From assembly GCF_009914755.1 (NCBI RefSeq), contig NC_060925.1: a stretch of DNA of 64,000 nucleotides; one strand, written 5' to 3'. Both the position numbers and the translations under genes were made by a program. Origin of the DNA: the human T2T-CHM13v2.0 reference genome, Homo sapiens. Below, piece after piece: positions 12,799 through 25,800 of the stretch; within the stretch, counting starts at the first letter, position 1; every line of letters begins with the position of its first letter. The notes under the pieces were generated by a model. It was not told where the DNA came from. It did no database searches and worked only from the letters and a program-made list of their open reading frames with translations.

Positions 12799-15700
12799 GT
12801 GTGTATTCAACTGACAGAGTTGAACTTTCATTTAGAGAGAGCAGATTTGAAACACTGTTTTTGTGGAATTTGCAAGTGGAGATTTCAAGCGCTTTGGGGC
12901 CAAAGGCAGAAAAGGAAATATCTTCGTATAAAAACTAGACAGAATCATTCTCAGAAACTGCTGCGTGATGTGTGCGTTCAACTCTCAGAGTTTAACTTTT
13001 CTTTTCATTCAGCGGTTTGGAAACACTCTGTTTGTAAAGTCTGCACGTGGATATTTTGACCACTTAGAGGCCTTCGTTGGAAACGGGTTTTTTTCATGTA
13101 AGGCTAGACAGAAGAATTCCCAGTAACTTCCTTGTGTTGTGTGCATTCAACTCACAGAGTTGAACGTTCCCTTAGACAGAGCAGATTTGAAACACTCTAT
13201 TTGTGCAATTTGCAAGTGTAGATTTCAAGCGCTTTAAGGTCAACGGCAGAAAAGGAAATATCTTCGTTTCAAAACTAGACAGAATCATTCCCACAAACTG
13301 CGTTGTGATGTGTTCGTTCAACTCACAGAGTTTAACCTTTCTGTTCATAGAGCAGTTAGGAAACACTCTGTTTGTAAAGTCTGTAAGTGGATATTCTGAC
13401 ATCTTGTGGCCTTCGTTGGAAACGGGATTTCTTCATATTCTGCTAGACAGAAGAATTCTCAGTAACTTCCTTGTGTTGTGTGTATTCAACTCACAGAGTT
13501 GAACGATCCTTTACACAGAGCAGACTTGAAACACTCTTTTTGTGGAATTTGCAAGTGGAGATTTCAGCCGCTTTGAGGTCAATGGTAGAAAAGGAAACTA
13601 TCTTCATATAAAGACTAGACAGAATGATTCTCAGAAAATCTTTTGTGATGTGTGCGTTCAACTCACAGAGTTTAACTTTTCTTCTCATAGAGCAGTTAGG
13701 AAAGACTCTGTTTGTAAAGTCTGCAAGTGGATATTCAGACCTCTTTGAGGCCTTCGTTAGAAACGGGATTTCTTCATATTATGCTAGACAGAATAATTCT
13801 CAGTAACTTCCTTGTGTTGTGTGTATTCAACTCACAGAGTTGAACGATCCTTTACAGAGAGCAGGCTTGAAACACTCTATTTGTCGAATTTGCAAGTGGA
13901 GATTTCAGCCGCTTTGAGGTCAATGGTAGAATAGGAAATATCTTCTTATAGAAACTAGACAGAATGATTCTCATAAACTCCTTTGTGATGTGTGCGTTCA
14001 ACTCACAGAGTTTAACCTTTCTTTTCATAGAGCAGTTAGGAAACACTCTGTTTGTAAAGTCTGCAAGTGGATATTCAGACCTCCTTGAGGCCTTCGTTGG
14101 AAACGGGATTTCTTCATATTCTGCTAGACAGAAGAATTCTCAGTAACTTCCTTGTGTTGTGTTTATTCAACTCACAGAGTTGAATGATCCTTTACACAGA
14201 GCAGACTTGAAACACTCTTTTTGTGGAATTTGCAAGTGGAGATTTCAGCCGCTTTGAGGTCAATGGTAGAAAAGTAAATATCTTCGTATAAAGACTAGAC
14301 AGAATGATTCTCAGAAACTCCTTTGTGATGTGTGCGTTCAACTCACAGAGTTTAACCTTTCTGTTCATAGAGCAGTTAGGAAACACTCTGTTTGTAAAGT
14401 CTGCAAGTGGATATTCAGACCTCCTTGAGGCCTTCGTTGGAAACGGGATTTCTTCATACTCTGCTAGACAGAAGAATTCTCAGTAACTTCCTTGTGTTGT
14501 GTGTATTCAACTCACAGAGTTGAACGATCCTTTACACAGAGCAGACTTGAAACACTCTTTTTGTGGAATTTGCAAGTGGAGATTTCAGCCGCTTTGAGGT
14601 CAATAGTAGAAAAGGAAATATCTTCGTAGAAAAACTAGACAGAATGATTCTCAGAAACTCCTTTGTGATGTGTGTGTTCAACTCACAGAGTTTAACCTTT
14701 CTTTTCATAGAGCAGTTAGTAAACACTCTGTTTATAAAGTCTGCAAGTGGATATTCAGACCCCTTTGAGGCCTTCGTTGGAAACGGGATTTCTTCATATT
14801 ATGCTAGACAGAAGAATTCTCAGTAACTTCCTTGTGTTGTGTGTATTCAACTGACAGAGTTGAACTTTCATTTAGAGAGAGCATATTTGAAACACTGTTT
14901 TTGTGGAATTTGCAAGTGGAGATTTCAAGCGCTTTGGGGCCAAAGGCAGAAAAGGAAATATCTTCGTATAAAAACTAGACAGAATCATTCTCAGAAACTG
15001 CTGCGTGATGTGTGCGTTCAACCCTCAGAGTTTAACTTTTCTTTTCATTCAGCGGTTTGGAAACACTCTGTTTGTAAAGTCTGCACGTGGATATTTTGAC
15101 CACTTAGAGGCCTTCGTTGGAAACGGGTTTTTTTCATGTAAGGCTAGACAGAAGAATTCCCAGTAACTTCCTTGTGTTGTGTGCATTCAACTCACAGAGT
15201 TGAACGTTCCCTTAGACAGAGCAGATTTGAAACACTCTATTTGTGCAATTTCCAAGTGTAGATTTCAAGCGCTTTAAGGTCAACGGCAGAAAAGGAAATA
15301 TCTTCGTTTCAAAACTAGAGAGAATCATTCCCACAAACTGCGTTGTGATGTGTTCGTTCAACTCACAGAGTTTAACCTTTCTGTTCATAGAGCAGTTAGG
15401 AAGCACTCTGTAAAGTCTGTAAGTGGATATTCTGACATCTTGTGGCCTTCGTTGGAAACGGGATTTCTTCATATTCTGCTAGACAGAAGAATTCTCAGTA
15501 ACTTCCTTGTGTTGTGTGTATTCAACTCACAGAGTTGAACGATCCTTTACACAGAGCAGACTTGAAACACTCTTTTTGTGGAATTTGCAAGTGGAGATTT
15601 CAGCCGCTTTGAGGTCAATGGTAGAAAAGTAAATATCTTCGTATAAAGACTAGACAGAATGATTCTCAGAAACTCCTTTGTGATGTGTGCGTTCAACTCA

Positions 15701-16873
15701 CAGAGTTTAACCTTTCTGTTCATAGAGCAGTTAGGAAACACTCTGTTTGTAAAGTCTGCAAGTGGATATTCAGACCTCCTTGAGGCCTTCGTTGGAAACG
15801 GGATTTCTTCATATTCTGCTAGACAGAAGAATTCTCAGTAACTTCCTTGTGTTGTGTGTATTCAACTCACAGAGTTGAACGATCCTTTACACAGAGCAGA
15901 CTTGAAACACTCTTCTTGTGGAATTTGCAAGTGGAGATTTCAGCCGCTTTGAGGTCAATGGTAGAAAAGGAAATATCTTCGTATAAAGACTAGACAGAAT
16001 GATTCTCAGAAACTCCTTTGTGATGTGTGCGTTCAACTCACAGAGTTTAACTTTTCTTTTCATAGAGCAGTTAGGAAACACTCTGTTTGAAAAGTCTGCA
16101 AGTGGATATTCAGACCTCTTTGAGGCCTTCGTTGGAAACGGGATTTCTTCATATTATGCTAGACAGAAGAATTCTCAGTAACTTCCTTGTGTTGTGTGTA
16201 TTCAACTCACAGAGTTGAACGATCCTTTACACAGAGCAGACTTGAAACATTCTTTTTGTGGAATTTGCAAGTGGAGATTTCAGCCGCTTTGAGGTCAATG
16301 GTAGAATAGGAAATATCTTCCTATAGAAACTAGACAGAACGATTCTCAGAAACTCCTTTGTGATGTGTGCGTTCAACTCACAGAGTTTAACCTTTCTTTT
16401 CATAGAGCAGTTAGGAAACACTCTGTTTGTAAAGTCTGCAAGTGGATATTCAGACCTCTTTGAGGCCTTCGTTGGAAACGGGATTTCTTCCTATTCTGCT
16501 ACACAGAAGAATTCTCAGTAACTTCCTTGTGTTGTGTGTATTCAACTCACAGAGTTGAACGATCCTTTACACAGAGCAGACTTGAAACACTCTTTTTGTG
16601 GAATTTGCAAGTGGAGATTTCAGCCGCTTTGAGGTCAATAGTAGAAAAGGAAATATCTTCGTAGAAAAACTAGACAGAATGATTCTCAGAAACTCCTTTG
16701 TGATGTGTGTGTTCAACTCACAGAATTTAACCTTTCTTTTCATAGAGCAGTTAGTAAACACTCTGTTTATAAAGTCTGCAAGTGGATATTCAGACCCCTT
16801 TGAGGCCTTCGTTGGAAACGGGATTTCTTCATATTATGCTAGACAGAAGAATTCTCAGTAACTTCCTTGTGTT
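12799..16873 (+). repeat. Transition: two 12-mers of different composition (XYABCF, 2040 bp; XYCDEF, 2035 bp with a 4-bp deletion)
   Basis: X markers at 12799, 14839, 16874. The second unit lacks the A dimer (GGAAACTATCTTCAT) and the B dimer. Confidence 0.85.
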
Positions 16874-19800
16874 GTGTGTATTCAACTGACAGAGTTGAAC
16901 TTTCATTTAGAGAGAGCAGATTTGAAACACTGTTTTTGTGGAATTTGCAAGTGGAGATTTCAAGCGCTTTGGGGCCAAAGGCAGAAAAGGAAATATCTTC
17001 GTATAAAAACTAGACAGAATCATTCTCAGAAACTGCTGCGTGATGTGTGCGTTCAACTCTCAGAGTTTAACTTTTCTTTTCATTCAGCGGTTTGGAAACA
17101 CTCTGTTTGTAAAGTCTGCACGTGGATATTTTGACCACTTAGAGGCCTTCGTTGGAAACGGGTTTTTTTCATGTAAGGCTAGACAGAAGAATTCCCAGTA
17201 ACTTCCTTGTGTTGTGTGCATTCAACTCACAGAGTTGAACGTTCCCTTAGACAGAGCAGATTTGAAACACTCTATTTGTGCAATTTGCAAGTGTAGATTT
17301 CAAGCGCTTTAAGGTCAACGGCAGAAAAGGAAATATCTTCGTTTCAAAACTAGACAGAATCATTCCCACAAACTGCGTTGTGATGTGTTCGTTCAACTCA
17401 CAGAGTTTAACCTTTCTGTTCATAGAGCAGTTAGGAAACACTCTGTTTGTAAAGTCTGTAAGTGGATATTCTGACATCTTGTGGCCTTCGTTGGAAACGG
17501 GATTTCTTCATATTCTGCTAGACAGAAGAATTCTCAGTAACTTCCTTGTGTTGTGTGTATTCAACTCACAGAGTTGAACGATCCTTTACACAGAGCAGAC
17601 TTGAAACACTCTTTTTGTGGAATTTGCAAGTGGAGATTTCAGCCGCTTTGAGGTCAATGGTAGAAAAGGAAACTATCTTCATATAAAGACTAGACAGAAT
17701 GATTCTCAGAAAATCTTTTGTGATGTGTGCGTTCAACTCACAGAGTTTAACTTTTCTTCTCATAGAGCAGTTAGGAAACACTCTGTTTGTAAAGTCTGCA
17801 AGTGGATATTCAGACCTCTTTGAGACCTTCGTTGGAAACGGGATTTCTTCATATTATGCTAGACAGAATAATTCTCAGTAACTTCATTGTGTTGTGTGTA
17901 TTCAACTCACAGAGTTGAAGGATCCTTTACAGAGAGCAGGCTTGAAACACTCTTTTTGTCGAATTTGCAAGTGGAGATTTCAGCCGCTTTGAGGTCAATG
18001 GTAGAATAGGAAATATCTTCTTATAGAAACTAGACAGAATGATTCTCATGAACTCCTTTGTGATGTGTGCGTTCAACTCACAGAGTTTAACCTTTCTTTT
18101 CATAGAGCAGTTAGGAAACACTCTGTTTGTAAAGTCTGCAAGTGGATATTCAGACCTCCTTGAGGCCTTCGTTGGAAACGGGATTTCTTCATATTCTGCT
18201 AGACAGAAGAATTCTCAGTAACTTCCTTGTGTTGTGTTTATTCAACTCACAGAGTTGAATGATCCTTTACACAGAGCAGACTTGAAACACTCTTTTTGTG
18301 GAATTTGCAAGTGGAGATTTCAGCCGCTTTGAGGTCAATGGTAGAAAAGTAAATATCTTCGTATAAAGACTAGACAGAATGATTCTCAGAAACTCCTTTG
18401 TGATGTGTGCGTTCAACTCACAGAGTTTAACCTTTCTGTTCATAGAGCAGTTAGGAAACACTCTGTTTGTAAAGTCTGCAAGTGGATATTCAGACCTCCT
18501 TGAGGCCTTCGTTGGAAACGGGATTTCTTCATATTCTGCTAGACAGAAGAATTCTCAGTAACTTCCTTGTGTTGTGTGTATTCAACTCACAGAGTTGAAC
18601 GATCCTTTACACAGAGCAGACTTGAAACACTCTTTTTGTGGAATTTGCAAGTGGAGATTTCAGCCGCTTTGAGGTCAATGGTAGAAAAGGAAACTATCTT
18701 CATATAAAGACTAGACAGAATGATTCTCAGAAAATCTTTTGTGATGTGTGCGTTCAACTCACAGAGTTTAACTTTTCTTCTCATAGAGCAGTTAGGAAAC
18801 ACTCTGTTTGTAAAGTCTGCAAGTGGATATTCAGACCTCTTTGAGGCCTTCGTTGGAAACGGGATTTCTTCATATTATGCTAGACAGAATAATTCTCAGT
18901 AACTTCCTTGTGTTGTGTGTATTCAACTCACAGAGTTGAACGATCCTTTACAGACAGCAGGCTTGAAACACTCTTTTTGTCGAATTTGCAAGTGGAGATT
19001 TCAGCCGCTTTGTGGTCAATGGTAGAATACGAAACATCTTCTTATAGAAACTAGACAAAATGATTCTCATGAACTCCTTTGTGATGTGTGCGTTCAACTC
19101 ACAGAGTTTAACCTTTCTTTTCATAGAGCAGTTAGGAAACACTCTGTTTGTAAAGTCTGCAAGTGGATATTCAGACCTCCTTGAGGCCTTCGTTGGAAAC
19201 GGGATTTCTTCATATTCTGCTAGACAGAAGAATTCTCAGTAACTTCCTTGTGTTGTGTTTATTCAACTCACAGAGTTGAATGATCCTTTACACAGAGCAG
19301 ACTTGAAACACTCTTTTTGTGGAATTTGCAAGTGGAGATTTCAGCCGCTTTGAGGTCAATGGTAGAAAGGTAAATATCTTCGTATAAAGACTAGACAGAA
19401 TGATTCTCAGAAACTCCTTTGTGATGTGTGCGTTCAACTCACAGAGTTTAACCTTTCTGTTCATAGAGCAGTTAGGAAACACTCTGTTTGTAAAGTCTGC
19501 AAGTGGATATTCAGACCTCCTTGAGGCCTTCGTTGGAAACGGGATTTCTTCATATTCTGCTAGACAGAAGAATTCTCAGTAACTTCCTTGTGTTGTGTGT
19601 ATTCAACTCACAGAGTTGAACGATCCTTTACACAGAGCAGACTTGAAACACTCTTTTTGTGGAATTTGCAAGTGGAGATTTCAGCCGCTTTGAGGTCAAT
19701 AGTAGAAAAGGAAATATCTTCGTAGAAAAACTAGACAGAATGATTCTCAGAAACTCCTTTGTGATGTGTGTGTTCAACTCACAGAGTTTAACCTTTCTTT

Positions 19801-22800
19801 TCATAGAGCAGTTAGTAAACACTCTGTTTATAAAGTCTGCAAGTGGATATTCAGACCCCTTTGAGGCCTTCGTTGGAAACGGGATTTCTTCATATTATGC
19901 TAGACAGAAGAATTCTCAGTAACTTCCTTGTGTTGTGTGTATTCAACTGACAGAGTTGAACTTTCATTTAGAGAGAGCAGATTTGAAACACTGTTTTTGT
20001 GGAATTTGCAAGTGGAGATTTCAAGCGCTTTGGGGCCAAAGGCAGAAAAGGAAATATCTTCGTATAAAAACTAGACAGAATCATTCTCAGAAACTGCTGC
20101 GTGATGTGTGCGTTCAACTCTCAGAGTTTAACTTTTCTTTTCATTCAGCGGTTTGGAAACACTCTGTTTGTAAAGTCTGCACGTGGATATTTTGACCACT
20201 TAGAGGCCTTCGTTGGAAACGGGTTTTTTTTCATGTAAGGCTAGACAGAAGAATTCCCAGTAACTTCCTTGTGTTGTGTGCATTCAACTCACAGAGTTGA
20301 AAGTTCCCTTAGACAGAGCAGATTTGAAACACTCTATTTGTGCAATTTCCAAGTGTAGATTTCAAGCGCTTTAAGGTCAACGGCAGAAAAGGAAATATCT
20401 TCGTTTCAAAACTAGAGAGAATCATTCCCACAAACTGCGTTGTGATGTGTTCGTTCAACTCACAGAGTTTAACCTTTCTGTTCATAGAGCAGTTAGGAAA
20501 CACTCTGTTTGTAAAGTCTGTAAGTGGATATTCTGACATCTTGTGGCCTTCGTTGGAAACGGGATTTCTTCATATTCTGCTAGACAGAAGAATTCTCAGT
20601 AACTTCCTTGTGTTGTGTGTATTCAACTCACAGAGTTGAACGATCCTTTACACAGAGCAGACTTGAAACACTCTTTTTGTGGAATTTTCAAGTGGAGATT
20701 TCAGCCTCTTTGAGGTCAATGGTAGAAAAGGAAACTATCTTCATATAAAGACTAGACAGAATGATTCTCAGAAAATCTTTTGTGATGTGTGCGTTCAACT
20801 CACAGAGTTTAACTTTTCTTCTCATAGAGCAGTTAGGAAACACTCTGTTTGTAAAGTCTGCAAGTGGATATTCAGACCTCTTTGAAGCCTTCGTTGGAAA
20901 CGGGATTTCTTCATATTATGCTAGACAGAATAATTCTCAGTAACTTCCTTGTGTTGTGTGTATTCAACTCACAGAGTTGAACGATCCTTTACAGAGATCA
21001 GGATTGAAACACTCTTTTTGTCGAATTTGCAAGTGGAGATTTCAGCCGCTTTGAGGTCAATGGTAGAATAGGAAATATCTTCTTATAGAAACTAGACAGA
21101 ATGATTCTCATAAACTCCTTTGTGATGTGTGCGTTCAACTCACAGAGTTTAACCTTTCTTTTCATAGAGCAGTTAGGAAACACTCTGTTTGTAAAGTCTG
21201 CAAGTGGATATTCAGACCTCCTTGAGGCCTTCGTTGGAAACGGGATTTCTTCATATTCTGCTAGACAGAAGAATTCTCAGTAACTTCCTTGTGTTGTGTT
21301 TATTCAACTCACAGAGTTGAATGATCCTTTACACAGAGCAGACTTGAAACACTCTTTTTGTGGAATTTGCAAGTGGAGATTTCAGCCGCTTTGAGGTCAA
21401 TGGTAGAAAAGTAAATATCTTCGTATAAAGACTAGACAGAATGATTCTCAGAAACTCCTTTGTGATGTGTGCGTTCAACTCACAGAGTTTAACCTTTCTG
21501 TTCATAGAGCAGTTAGGAAACACTCTGTTTGTAAAGTCTGCAAGTGGATATTCAGACCTCCTTGAGGCCTTCGTTGGAAACGGGATTTCTTCATATTCTG
21601 CTAGACAGAAGAATTCTCAGTAACTTCCTTGTGTTGTGTGTATTCAACTCACAGAGTTGAACGATCCTTTACACAGAGCAGACTTGAAACACTCTTCTTG
21701 TGGAATTTGCAAGTGGAGATTTCAGCCGCTTTGAGGTCAATGGTAGAAAAGGAAATATCTTCGTATAAAGACTAGACAGAATGATTTTCAGAAACTCCTT
21801 TGTGATGTGTGCGATCAACTCACAGAGTTTAACTTTTCTTTTCATAGAGCAGTTAGGAAACACTCTGTTTGTAAAGTCTGCAAGTGGATATTCAGACCTC
21901 TTTGAGGCCTTCGTTGGAAACGGGATTTCTTCATATTATGCTAGACAGAAGAATTCTCAGTAACTTCCTTGTGTTGTGTGTATTCAACTCACAGAGTTGA
22001 ACGATCCTTTACACAGAGCAGACTTGAAACATTCTTTTTGTGGAATTTGCAAGTGGAGATTTCAGCCGCTTTGAGGTCAATGGTAGAATAGGAAATATCT
22101 TCCTATAGAAACTAGACAGAACGATTCTCAGAAACTCCTTTGTGATGTGTGCGTTCAACTCACAGAGTTTAACCTTTCTTTTCATAGAGCAGTTAGGAAA
22201 CACTCTGTTTGTAAAGTCTGCAAGTGGATATTCAGACCTCTTTGAGGCCTTCGTTGGAAACGGGATTTCTTCCTATTCTGCTAGACAGAAGAATTCTCAG
22301 TAACTTCCTTGTGTTGTGTGTATTCAACTCACAGAGTTGAACGATCCTTTACACAGAGCAGACTTGAAACACTCTTTTTGTGGAATTTGCAAGTGGAGAT
22401 TTCAGCCGCTTTGAGGTCAATAGTAGAAAAGGAAATATCTTCGTAGAAAAACTAGACAGAATGATTCTCAGAAACTCCTTTGTGATGTGTGTGTTCAACT
22501 CACAGAGTTTAACCTTTCTTTTCATAGAGCAGTTAGTAAACACTCTGTTTATAAAGTCTGCCAGTGGATATTCAGACCCCTTTGAGGCCTTCGTTGGAAA
22601 CGGGATTTCTTCATATTATGCTAGACAGAAGAATTCTCAGTAACTTCCTTGTGTTGTGTGTATTCAACTGACAGAGTTGAACTTTCATTTAGAGAGAGCA
22701 GATTTGAAACACTGTTTTTGTGGAATTTGCAAGTGGAGATTTCAAGCGCTTTGGGGCCAAAGGCAGAAAAGGAAATATCTTCGTATAAAAACTAGACAGA

Positions 22801-25800
22801 ATCATTCTCAGAAACTGCTGCGTGATGTGTGCGTTCAACTCTCAGAGTTTAACATTTCTTTTCATTCAGCGGTTTGGAAACACTCTGTTTGTAAAGTCTG
22901 CACGTGGATATTTTGACCACTTAGAGGCCTTCGTTGGAAACGGGTTTTTTTCATGTAAGGCTAGACAGAAGAATTCCCAGTAACTTCCTTGTGTTGTGTG
23001 CATTCAACTCACAGAGTTGAACGTTCCCTTAGACAGAGCAGATTTGAAACACTCTATTTGTGCAATTTCCAAGTGTAGATTTCAAGCGCTTTAAGGTCAA
23101 CGGCAGAAAAGGAAATATCTTCGTTTCAAAACTAGACAGAATCATTCCCACAAACTGCGTTGTGATGTGTTCGTTCAACTCACAGAGTTTAACCTTTCTG
23201 TTCATAGAGCAGTTAGGAAACACTCTGTTTGTAAAGTCTGTAAGTGGATATTCTGACATCTTGTGGCCTTCGTTGGAAACGGGATTTCTTCATATTCTGC
23301 TAGACAGAAGAATTCTCAGTAACTTCCTTGTGTTGTGTGTATTCAACTCACAGAGTTGAACGATCCTTTACACAGAGCAGACTTGAAACACTCTTTTTGT
23401 GGAATTTGCAAGTGGAGATTTCAGCCGCTTTGAGGTCAATGGTAGAAAAGGAAACTATCTTCATATAAAGACTAGACAGAATGATTCTCAGAAAATCTTT
23501 TGTGATGTGTGCGTTCAACTCACAGAGTTTAACTTTTCTTCTCATAGAGCAGTTAGGAAACACTCTGTTTGTAAAGTCTGCAAGTGGATATTCAGACCTG
23601 TTTGAGGCCTTCGTTGGAAACGGGATTTCTTCATATTATGCTAGACAGAATAATTCTCAGTAACTTCCTTGTGTTGTGTGTATTCAACTCACAGAGTTGA
23701 AGGATCCTTTACAGAGAGCAGGCTTGAAACACTCTTTTTGTCGAATTTGCAAGTGGAGATTTCAGCCGCTTTGAGGTCAATGGTAGAATAGGAAATATCT
23801 TCTTATAGAAACTAGACAGAATGATTCTCATAAACTCCTTTGTGATGTGTGCGTTCAACTCACAGAGTTTAACCTTTCTTTTCATAGAGCAGTTAGGAAA
23901 AACTCTGTTTGAAAAGTCTGCAAGTGGATATTCAGACCTCCTTGAGGCCTTCGTTGGAAACGGGATTTCTTCATATTCTGCTAGACAGAAGAATTCTCAG
24001 TAACTTCCTTGTGTTGTGTTTATTCAACTCACAGAGTTGAATGATCCTTTACACAGAGCAGACTTGAAACACTCTTTTTCTGGAATTTGCAAGTGGAGAT
24101 TTCAGCCGCTTTGAGGTCAATGGTAGAAAAGTAAATATCTTCGTATAAAGACTAGACAGAATGATTCTCAGAAACTCCTTTGTGATGTGTGCGTTCAACT
24201 CACAGAGTTTAACCTTTCTGTTCATAGAGCAGTTAGGAAACACTCTGTTTGTAAAGTCTGCAAGTGGATATTCAGACCTCCTTGAGGCCTTCGTTGGAAA
24301 CGGGATTTCTTCATATTCTGCTAGACAGAAGAATTCTCAGTAACTTCCTTGTGTTGTGTGTATTCAACTCACAGAGTTGAACGATCCTTTACACAGAGCA
24401 GACTTGAAACACTCTTCTTGTGGAATTTGCAAGTGGAGATTTCAGCCGCTTTGAGGTCAATGGTAGAAAAGGAAATATCTTCGTATAAAGACTAGACAGA
24501 ATGATTCTCAGAAACTCCTTTGTGATGTGTGCGTTCAACTCACAGAGTTTAACTTTTCTTTTCATAGAGCAGTTAGGAAACACTCTGTTTGTAAAGTCTG
24601 CAAGTGGATATTCAGACCTCTTTGAGGCCTTCGTTGGAAACGGGATTTCTTCATATTATGCTAGACAGAAGAATTCTCAGTAACTTCCTTGTGTTGTGTG
24701 TATTCAACTCACAGAGTTGAACGATCCTTTACACAGAGCAGACTTGAAACATTCTTTTTGTGGAATTTGCAAGTGGAGATTTCAGCCGCTTTGAGGTCAA
24801 TGGTAGAATAGGAAATATCTTCCTATAGAAACTAGACAGAACGATTCTCAGAAACTCCTTTGTGATGTGTGCGTTCAACTCACAGAGTTTAACCTTTCTT
24901 TTCATAGAGCAGTTAGGAAACACTCTGTTTGTAAAGTCTGCAAGTGGATATTCAGACCTCTTTGAGGCCTTCGTTGGAAACGGGATTTCTTCCTATTCTG
25001 CTAGACAGAAGAATTCTCAGTAACTTCCTTGTGTTGTGTGTATTCAACTCACAGAGTTGAACGATCCTTTACACAGAGCAGACTTGAAACACTCTTTTTG
25101 TGGAATTTGCAAGTGGAGATTTCAGCCGCTTTGAGGTCAATAGTAGAAAAGGAAATATCTTCGTAGAAAAACTAGACAGAATGATTCTCAGAAACTCCTT
25201 TGTGATGTGTGTGTTCAACTCACAGAATTTAACCTTTCTTTTCATAGAGCAGTTAGTAAACACTCTGTTTATAAAGTCTGCCAGTGGATATTCAGACCCC
25301 TTTGAGGCCTTCGTTGGAAACGGGATTTCTTCATATTATGCTAGACAGAAGAATTCTCAGTAACTTCCTTGTGTTGTGTGTATTCAACTGACAGAGTTGA
25401 ACTTTCATTTAGAGAGAGCAGATTTGAAACACTGTTTTTGTGGAATTTGCAAGTGGAGATTTCAAGCGCTTTGGGGCCAAAGGCAGAAAAGGAAATATCT
25501 TCGTATAAAAACTAGACAGAATCATTCTCAGAAACTGCTGCGTGATGTGTGCGTTCAACTCTCAGAGTTTAACTTTTCTTTTCATTCAGCGGTTTGGAAA
25601 CACTCTGTTTGTAAAGTCTGCACGTGGATATTTTGACCACTTAGAGGCCTTCGTTGGAAACGGGTTTTTTTCATGTAAGGCTAGACAGAAGAATTCCCAG
25701 TAACTTCCTTGTGTTGTGTGCATTCAACTCACAGAGTTGAACGTTCCCTTAGACAGAGCAGATTTGAAACACTCTATTTGTGCAATTTGCAAGTGTAGAT

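Noticed and set aside
13752-13768. CENP-B variant CTTCGTTAGAAACGGGA as a dead box (also 45369-45385)
   Set aside because: The change is at position 8, outside the core nTTCGnnnnAnnCGGGn; used only as a haplotype marker.
20221-20232. Extra T in the X-dimer T run (T8 vs T7), making a 2721-bp unit
   Set aside because: A single homopolymer length change could be slippage or sequencing error and is uninformative without reads.
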